NCBI GenBank assembly: GCA_964637135.1
Contig: CAZWTX010000016.1
Location: 1 to 53,496 of the forward strand
Origin: an uncultured Methanospirillum sp.
GTDB taxonomy: Archaea; Halobacteriota; Methanomicrobia; Methanomicrobiales; Methanospirillaceae
DNA length: 53,496 bases
Reading direction: 5' to 3'
How positions within the stretch are numbered: the stretch's first letter is position 1; every line of letters starts with the position of its first letter. The translations under genes and the position numbers were made by a program. The notes below the pieces were generated by a model. That model did no database searches and was not told where the DNA came from. It saw only the letters and a program-made list of their open reading frames with translations. This document shows, in pieces, positions 47,409-53,496 of this stretch.

Positions 47409-48610
47409 CGCCGGATCACCGTTCCGTCAGCGATTGTTCCCTCTATGACCGTGCCGGGAGCAAAACGGGAATGGTTACCAATCACTGCCCCGACATTGAT
47501 CGAGCAGTTGATCCCGAACAGCACATCGTCACCGATCACCGCTCCGAATTTTCTCCTCCGCGTCGGAAGGCCGCTGGCAGTAATCTCTTTCTTGTCATGC
47601 CTCAGGTTTGCAATCTTTGTTCCTGCACCAAAGTTACATCCGCTGGCGATGATGCTATCGCCCACATAATTAAAATGTGGGATATTTGTCCGATCCATGA
47701 TGATTGAGTTTTTTACCTCGGAGGCATGACCGATATGACAATGGCTGCCGATACATGTTCCCGGTCTCAGGTAAGCATGAGGACCGATGATGCAGTCTGA
47801 ACCGATGATACAGGGTCCCTCGATATAGGAACCTGCCTTTACAACGGTTCCCGGTCCGATAACCACGTCTCCACGAATGACAACCCCCTCTTCTATGGTG
47901 CCCCTGATATCAGGTGAACAATCCTGCATCACCTGTTCATGCACTTCGAGAAGATCCCAGGGGGCACCCATATCTGACCATGCGGTAAGGGGAAATGCCC
48001 GGAGACATCCATCCCTGATGTAGCCGTTCAGGGCATCGGTCAATTCGAGTTCCCCCCGCGGAGAAGGGGTAATCTGTGAGAGGTGCGTGAAGATATCCGG
48101 GGTGAAGAGGTACATGCCTGCATTAATGAGGTTGCTTCGCGGATGATCAGACTTCTCTTCAAGCCCGTTTATGAAGGATCCCTCAACCGTGACCACCCCG
48201 AAATCCTGTGGATGATCAGAAGGGTATATGCCCATTGCCGGGGCTTTTTGGGATAGAAATGAGACGATATCATTTCTTTTCAGGATCATATCCCCGTTCA
48301 TGAGCAGAAACGGTCCGGTTATGAAGGACTGTACCGTCATCACGGCATCGCCGGTTCCTGCCTGCCGTTTCTGTGAGACATACCGGATTCGGATCCCCCG
48401 TGATGATCCGTCTCCGAAATATTCCCTCACTGCTCCTTCCTCGAACCCGACAACGAGGATGAGTTCGGTGATCCCTGAACCGGAGACGGCATCAATGAGA
48501 TGTTCAAGCATCGGTTTTCCGGCGACCGGGAGCATTACCTTCGGCCGTGAACCGGTCAGGGGACGCATGCGTTTCCCTTCTCCGGCGGCAAGAATTACAC
48601 AGATAACCAT
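47405..48610 (-). CDS. glmU: Bifunctional sugar-1-phosphate nucleotidylyltransferase/acetyltransferase (archaeal GlmU)
   Basis: LAAGEGKRMRPLT, RGELELTD, EVKNS, HFNYVGDS, NFGAGT and RRKFGAVIGD motifs. Confidence 0.92.
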   Translation of the reverse strand: MVICVILAAGEGKRMRPLTGSRPKVMLPVAGKPMLEHLIDAVSGSGITELILVVGFEEGAVREYFGDGSSRGIRIRYVSQKRQAGTGDAVMTVQSFITGPFLLMNGDMILKRNDIVSFLSQKAPAMGIYPSDHPQDFGVVTVEGSFINGLEEKSDHPRSNLINAGMYLFTPDIFTHLSQITPSPRGELELTDALNGYIRDGCLRAFPLTAWSDMGAPWDLLEVHEQVMQDCSPDIRGTIEEGVVIRGDVVIGPGTVVKAGSYIEGPCIIGSDCIIGPHAYLRPGTCIGSHCHIGHASEVKNSIIMDRTNIPHFNYVGDSIIASGCNFGAGTKIANLRHDKKEITASGLPTRRRKFGAVIGDDVLFGINCSINVGAVIGNHSRFAPGTVIEGTIADGTVIRR

Positions 48611-49866
48611 TATTTCATCTCCGTGCGGGCAAGCCGGAGCAGTTCTCCGGCCTTTTCAAGCATCTGTTTCGCGGTTTCAAGGCTCCTGCCTTCAGCAGTG
48701 AGCCTGATCTTTGGTTCTGTTCCGCTTGCACGGACCAGACACCAGCCATTCTCCTCATCGATACGAATTCCGTCTGTCGGACTTGTTGCACCGAGGGCAT
48801 ACATAACCTGGCGTGCATCAGCACATTCTACTGAACTCCGGAGCACCGGGTATGTCGGGATGGCATCGATCTCTGCTGCAAGATCCCATTCCCCGGCCAT
48901 CTCGCAGAGGAGAGCAGCAGCATATGGTCCATCCGGGCAGTAGGATATTTCTGGGAAGATACATGCCCCAGATGGTTCCCCGCCAAAATCTCCCCATCTG
49001 ACCAGTTGTTCTGAGACATAGGCATCACCGACAGGGGTTCGCTTCACGTCTGCGATCTCTTCGATACGCATGGAAGCGTCGTACGTGGTGACCACCCGTT
49101 TTGCACCTCGGTATTTCGCGAAGAGGATAAGGAGGGTATCTCCAGATATAAACCGCCCCCGGCCGTCAAACGCCATCATCCGGTCTGCATCCCCGTCATG
49201 AACAATCGCACAGGACACCCCCGTTTTCCGAATCATGTCAGGGAGATAGGTGAGGTTTTCCGGTAGCGGTTCTGAGGGACGGGTGAATATTCCTGAAGGA
49301 TTTGCATTCAGACTTATTGTTCTGACTCCCGCTGTTCCCAGGAGGTACGGGGTCATGGTGCTTCCTGCCCCGTTTCCACAGTCCAGAATTACTTCAAGAC
49401 CTTCACGGATTGATCTCTTTTCCAGTATGGCCCGGGTATGGAGTTCCAGGGCGGGGATATCCTTCACGGCCCCCTGTGTTTCCCAGTCAGTCCATGCCGT
49501 GGTTGAGAGTGCCTGTTCAACTTCTTCCTGTTGTTCCTGGCTGAATGAGGATCCGTCCCGGTTGAATAGTTTGAGACCGTTGTATGGTTCAGGATTGTGT
49601 GATGCGGTGATCATGCATCCTGCATTCCCGTATCGTGCAGCATATGCCACCGTCGGTGTCGGACAGATACCGGCTTTCGAGATCGTCCCACCGGCACCGG
49701 TAATGCCTGAAGCACAACTGGTAAAAAGTGCCTCTCCTGTTGTCCTGGTATCCCTTCCGAGAATGATCTCTTTCTCCCCGCCCCCGAGTACCGCACCGAC
49801 CTTTTGGGCGATGACAAGGAGGTCATGGGAGTAGAGTTGCCTGATTCCGGAAGAGCCAAAAAGCAT
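48610..49866 (-). CDS. glmM: Phosphoglucosamine mutase/phosphohexomutase
   Basis: FGSSGIR, TASHNP, DGDADR and RASGTEP motifs; operon context. Confidence 0.9.
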   Translation of the reverse strand: MLFGSSGIRQLYSHDLLVIAQKVGAVLGGGEKEIILGRDTRTTGEALFTSCASGITGAGGTISKAGICPTPTVAYAARYGNAGCMITASHNPEPYNGLKLFNRDGSSFSQEQQEEVEQALSTTAWTDWETQGAVKDIPALELHTRAILEKRSIREGLEVILDCGNGAGSTMTPYLLGTAGVRTISLNANPSGIFTRPSEPLPENLTYLPDMIRKTGVSCAIVHDGDADRMMAFDGRGRFISGDTLLILFAKYRGAKRVVTTYDASMRIEEIADVKRTPVGDAYVSEQLVRWGDFGGEPSGACIFPEISYCPDGPYAAALLCEMAGEWDLAAEIDAIPTYPVLRSSVECADARQVMYALGATSPTDGIRIDEENGWCLVRASGTEPKIRLTAEGRSLETAKQMLEKAGELLRLARTEMK

Positions 49867-49890
49867 AGTATTTGTTTCTCTGTTATGCCA

Positions 49891-50496
49891 TTAGAGGTTA
49901 GCCCTACCGTACGGACAGAAATGACAGCCATTCAGGGCTGCAGCGGTTCCTGAAACTGACGGACCAAGAAAGATTACCCGTTCCATCATACCTTCCTGAA
50001 TGTTCCCGTTTTCTGCTCCCAGAAGATCACCGGTTACGAGGATCAGGGTGGCATCCGAGGGATCGGATACGAGGTTCCCGGCACAAATCTCCCTGATGAG
50101 GTTGCTTTCCCCGGTATACCAGATCTTCTTTCCTGCAATCTCCTGTTTCAGATCCCGAAGGCAGGCCGGATGATCATCAGTCATACAGGGATATGGTTTC
50201 CTGATCCGGCAGAGAAATGCCATGATTGCATTCACAATTCCGGCCGCAGCCATGATCTGTGTCCGTTTCCTGAGTGGAGCCGTGAACATGAATGATGCCT
50301 TAGTTGTTGCGGATAATGGTTCATTCGTGCTGATCCCGGCTGATCTGCCACCAAAGGTCACTCGCATCATCGTTCCTGATTCATACGGGCATGGAGTGAT
50401 ATCCGGGCCGGGTTCAAGGATCACCGGGCTTTCAGAGATCCCGCAGTCCTTTGTCATCTCCTCAACTGCATGTATGGCTTTTTTAATCAGGGGCAT
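49891..50496 (-). CDS. Hypothetical protein (possibly DUF364/Rossmann-like)
   Basis: Intact ORF with an upstream GAGGTGA; NAIMAFL, LGPS and C-terminal HFCPYG. Confidence 0.65.
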   Translation of the reverse strand: MPLIKKAIHAVEEMTKDCGISESPVILEPGPDITPCPYESGTMMRVTFGGRSAGISTNEPLSATTKASFMFTAPLRKRTQIMAAAGIVNAIMAFLCRIRKPYPCMTDDHPACLRDLKQEIAGKKIWYTGESNLIREICAGNLVSDPSDATLILVTGDLLGAENGNIQEGMMERVIFLGPSVSGTAAALNGCHFCPYGRANL

Positions 50497-50633
50497 AGAT
50501 CACCTCTCATCAAAAGGAATCAGCAGATCTCGGTATTGAGCCGGCATGCCCTTCGGATGGTGATCCACAGGTATCTCGTAAAAGAAGATATGTTCATTGC
50601 TTGAGGTGGAAAAAGGGGATACCGGGAGGGGGG

Positions 50634-51290
50634 TTATACCGGTTCCTCCTCCCATCCATCCGCACCGATCAACGGAACAAACCTGACCGGGAAAAACCGT
50701 TCAGTCTTATGTATTCCGGATACCCGGGTGATACGAATCAGTTCCTGAATATCCCGGGAGCCAACCGGAGCAACGATCCTCCCTCCGTCCCTGATCTGTC
50801 CGAAGAGGACCTCTGGAATATGCGGTGCTGCGGCAGTGATCAGGATCCCGTCATAGGGTGCTTCACCGGAATATCCCTCCGTCCCGTCAGTGCAGATGAT
50901 CCTGATCCCCCCGATTCCGACACGTTTCAGGTTTTCTTCCGCATGCCTTACCAGTTCCGGGATACGCTCCAGGGATATTACCTGTGCATCCATGGCGGCA
51001 AGAACAGCAGCCTGGTACCCGGAACCGGTTCCGATCTCCAGGATCTTCTCTCCGGGAAGCGGATCCAGGAGTTCGGTCATGAACGCCACGATATATGGCT
51101 GTGATATTGTCTGGTCGTCGCCGATGGGAAGCGGAAAATCCCCATACGCCTGTACCTGCAGACCGGAAGGAACGAAGAAGTGCCGGGGAACCCGCTGCAT
51201 CGCGGAAATAACCCGGTGGTTTTGAATCCCCCTGCCCTGGATCTGTATGCGAACCATCCGGTCCCGCTCCAGTTCAGGGAGATCTGCCAT
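50634..51290 (-). CDS. pcm: Protein-L-isoaspartate O-methyltransferase
   Basis: VPRHFF, QTISQP, LEIGTGSGY, APYDGI and VRFVPL motifs. Confidence 0.96.
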   Translation of the reverse strand: MADLPELERDRMVRIQIQGRGIQNHRVISAMQRVPRHFFVPSGLQVQAYGDFPLPIGDDQTISQPYIVAFMTELLDPLPGEKILEIGTGSGYQAAVLAAMDAQVISLERIPELVRHAEENLKRVGIGGIRIICTDGTEGYSGEAPYDGILITAAAPHIPEVLFGQIRDGGRIVAPVGSRDIQELIRITRVSGIHKTERFFPVRFVPLIGADGWEEEPV

Positions 51291-51295
51291 GACTG

Positions 51296-52408
51296 TTAAA
51301 ATCCTGACTTCTCTGCAGCGTCGATGGCTGCATCAATCTGTTCCTGGAGGACATCCGGCAGTCCCTCCAGTTTCACGTCCAGGAAACCACGGATGATCGT
51401 GGCGGTGGCAGTCTCTTCATCAAGACCGCGTGCCATGAGATACTCGATCTCATCCCGGGCGATTTTTCCGACCGCAGCCTCGTGGGAGAGTTCTGTGTCG
51501 ACTACATCGCCCTTGATCTCAGGGATCGCGTGGATCGTGCCGTCCCTGAGGATGAGTCCCTTGCATTCAATATGTGCCTTCGTTCCCGTAACCATCCCGT
51601 CCACGCGCCCCCGGGAGATGATGGTTCCTCCCGTGGTGATGGCCCGTGTAAGAAGTTCTGCACTTGTTCCCGGTGCTTCAAGGCGGGCAACGGATCCGAG
51701 ATCGAGGACGGAGCCTGGTGTTCCAACCACGACGCTTGAGAACCGGCCGACTGCGTTCTCCCCGACGAGCCGGCAGAGTGGTGACATCTGGATCTTCCTG
51801 ACCGGTTCCATACAGACATAGTTGGAGAGGAAGACCCCTCCTTCCTCCACGATGGACGCGCTGCGTGGATAAACAGCGATATTCTTTCCCCAATTATGGA
51901 TCATTGTCGAGGTGACCTTGGCGTTCTTCCCGACATAAATTTCCGTGATACCGAGATGGGAACCGCTGGATCTCGCTGTGGCACTGGTGCACCCGGATAT
52001 GATATGGAGTTCTGATCCTTCCTCGGCAATGACAAGATTGTGGACGTACTGAACCGGGGAGTCTGACATGAGAAGACATGCCTGCAGGGGATAGATGCTC
52101 TTCGTCCCTTTCTTTGCAATGATAACAAAGCCCTTCTGAACCGGCTGGGATGCCACGTACCGGGTATACTTGTCCTTATCTTCCGGAACGGCCTTCCAGA
52201 GATAATCCTTCACCCACGGGTACCGGATCAGGGCATTCTCCAGGGTGAGAAATTCAATCCCGTTGCAGTCTGACGTGACATGGCAGATATCCTGATCCTT
52301 CTGGAAGAAACTTCCGGACCGGTTTTTCATATCCACTTCCAGTCCGGTCAGAGCAAGACGTTTCTGGTCTTCAGGGGAGAGTTCGGTCATCTGGATGGTA
52401 TTGTGCAT
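51296..52408 (-). CDS. SufB/SufD-family Fe-S cluster scaffold protein (archaeal SmsB-like)
   Basis: PLQAC, HIISGC, HIECKGL, HAIPE and SHEAAVGKI...YLMARG motifs. Confidence 0.9.
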   Translation of the reverse strand: MHNTIQMTELSPEDQKRLALTGLEVDMKNRSGSFFQKDQDICHVTSDCNGIEFLTLENALIRYPWVKDYLWKAVPEDKDKYTRYVASQPVQKGFVIIAKKGTKSIYPLQACLLMSDSPVQYVHNLVIAEEGSELHIISGCTSATARSSGSHLGITEIYVGKNAKVTSTMIHNWGKNIAVYPRSASIVEEGGVFLSNYVCMEPVRKIQMSPLCRLVGENAVGRFSSVVVGTPGSVLDLGSVARLEAPGTSAELLTRAITTGGTIISRGRVDGMVTGTKAHIECKGLILRDGTIHAIPEIKGDVVDTELSHEAAVGKIARDEIEYLMARGLDEETATATIIRGFLDVKLEGLPDVLQEQIDAAIDAAEKSGF

Positions 52409-52450
52409 ATGTGGTTCCGATCCTCCTGATCAGTATATCTTTCAACCTCT

Positions 52451-53263
52451 TTATCGCTCCTTCTCTCCGGGTCCGGGGAGGTGATTCTCATTCCAGACTG
52501 CCAGGAGTGCGGGAAGATCTGCGATCGAATCAATGACCGCATCCGGGTGTATAGAGCCGGGATCAGGGATATAATCCCTGCTCTTACCGGTTCTGACCAG
52601 TGCCCCGTTGATACCTGCAGTTTTCGCCCCGCCGATATCGCTCTCCGGATCGTCGCCAATCATCAGCACCTCTCCGGCTCTGAAGGTCCATCCTGACAGG
52701 GCCATGGAGAAGAAGACCCGGGAAGGCTTTCCAAAAACGGTGGGTTCAGTTCCCGATGCAAAGGAGAGGCCTGCAACAAAGCAACCGGCTCCGAGCGAAA
52801 GGCCGTCGCTATCCATCCAGAACCGGTCTTTCTCGAGAGCGAGCAGTTCTCCGCCGCTTTTGAGGGAGCGAAACGCCTGATTCATAGCTCGGTAGGTGAA
52901 CCCGTCCCCTGCATCACCGACGACCACGACTGGTGATGTCGGATCATGAATGATTCCTGAGCTGAGAAAATCGGTCGCCAGATCCCCGGTTACAAGGAGA
53001 TTACACCTTGTGATCCCCCTCGTCCGGAGATGTCCGATGACCGCCGACGCAGGAGTGAATATCTGGTCCGGGTGAATGGGAATGCCGATAGCGCTGATTT
53101 TTGCCAGAATGTTCTGTTTCGAACGGCGGGTACCGTTCGATATCAGCCGGAACGGGATCCCTGCATGAATGAGGGAGGAGAGAGTGGTGTCTGCCCCGGG
53201 GATGGGATCCGGCCCGGTCATCAGGGTTCCGTCAATATCCAGGAGAATGCCTTTGATTGTCAT
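52451..53263 (-). CDS. HAD-IIA hydrolase (LHPP/TIGR01458-like)
   Basis: DIDGTL, ISN, GKPS, IGDDPESDI and VRTGK motifs. The real start is 53263; the longer ORF overlaps the tRNA. Confidence 0.9.
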   Translation of the reverse strand: MTIKGILLDIDGTLMTGPDPIPGADTTLSSLIHAGIPFRLISNGTRRSKQNILAKISAIGIPIHPDQIFTPASAVIGHLRTRGITRCNLLVTGDLATDFLSSGIIHDPTSPVVVVGDAGDGFTYRAMNQAFRSLKSGGELLALEKDRFWMDSDGLSLGAGCFVAGLSFASGTEPTVFGKPSRVFFSMALSGWTFRAGEVLMIGDDPESDIGGAKTAGINGALVRTGKSRDYIPDPGSIHPDAVIDSIADLPALLAVWNENHLPGPGEKER

Positions 53264-53302
53264 TATGAAGGAAGCAGTGTCCAGATGGAGTGTGGGTTTA
53301 GG

Positions 53303-53318
53303 AATTATTAAATAATAA
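53303..53318. promoter_or_regulatory. AT-rich TATA element in the divergent HAD/tRNA intergenic region
   Basis: AATTATTAAATAATAA, with TTAAATA about 30 nt before the tRNA-Gly 5' end. It is near-symmetric and could also serve the minus-strand gene. Confidence 0.6.
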
Positions 53319-53341
53319 TCAGAACGACGTAATAGAGCATC

Positions 53342-53412
53342 GCATCGATGGTCTAGAGGTATGACTTTGGCCTTCCAAGCCAATAGCTCGGGTTCGAATC
53401 CCGATCGGTGCA
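53342..53412 (+). tRNA. tRNA-Gly (TCC)
   Basis: Acceptor stem GCATCGA/TCGGTGC, anticodon arm TTGGC-CT-TCC-AA-GCCAA and GGTTCGAATCC T-arm; CCA not encoded. Confidence 0.96.
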
Positions 53413-53420
53413 TTTTTCAC

Positions 53421-53494
53421 GGGCTCGTGGTCTAGCTGGTCATGACGTCGCCTTCACACGGCGGAGATCCTGAGTTCGAATCTCAGCGGGCCCA
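53421..53494 (+). tRNA. tRNA-Val (CAC)
   Basis: Acceptor stem GGGCTCG/CGGGCCC, anticodon arm TCGCC-TT-CAC-AC-GGCGG and GAGTTCGAATCTC T-arm. Confidence 0.96.
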
Positions 53495-53496
53495 TC

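Noticed and set aside
46500..47669. 389-aa plus-strand ORF
   Set aside because: Antisense shadow of the glmU-like genes with no motifs. The same applies to the many other overlapping antisense ORFs in the track.
53264..53413. N-terminal extension of the HAD-IIA ORF
   Set aside because: It overlaps tRNA-Gly antisense and the promoter; the HAD motif begins right after ATG 53263.

Overview
Archaeal chromosomal window, very likely from a hydrogenotrophic methanogen of the Methanomicrobiales (Methanospirillum-like). This is inferred from the gene content: Kae1-Bud32 fusion, aIF2-gamma/PIN/rpoE'/spt4/dephospho-CoA kinase/rps24e/rps27ae cluster, AglB, DUF3821-type surface protein and His-type Thi4. 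Left end: a UDP-glucose/GDP-mannose dehydrogenase gene cut by an apparent IS terminus, DNA ligase, an MBL hydrolase and an ABC-class ATPase. Next: a sensory cluster (output-less HAMP receptor, small helical protein, REC-GAF-kinase, soluble MCP), surface, lipoprotein and transporter genes, an orphan PstS, a radical SAM/SPASM enzyme, HtpX, a MacB/FtsX-type ABC exporter operon and Thi4. Right half: the conserved translation/transcription cluster, a glycosylation block (AglB, two GT4s, glmS, two glmU-like genes, glmM), pcm, a SufB/D-like gene, a HAD-IIA gene, tRNA-Gly(TCC) and tRNA-Val(CAC). Absent from or misrepresented in the ORF track: rpl40e, a 50-aa membrane micropeptide, and a decayed spermidine synthase remnant. 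The most notable signal is a split DUF1917-type gene (32424..33097). Its frame break sits on a bulge-helix-bulge-like RNA structure, and canonical excision of 20 nt would restore the reading frame, making it a candidate mRNA intron in a euryarchaeon. Family assignments come from motif recognition and recall; no searches were run.
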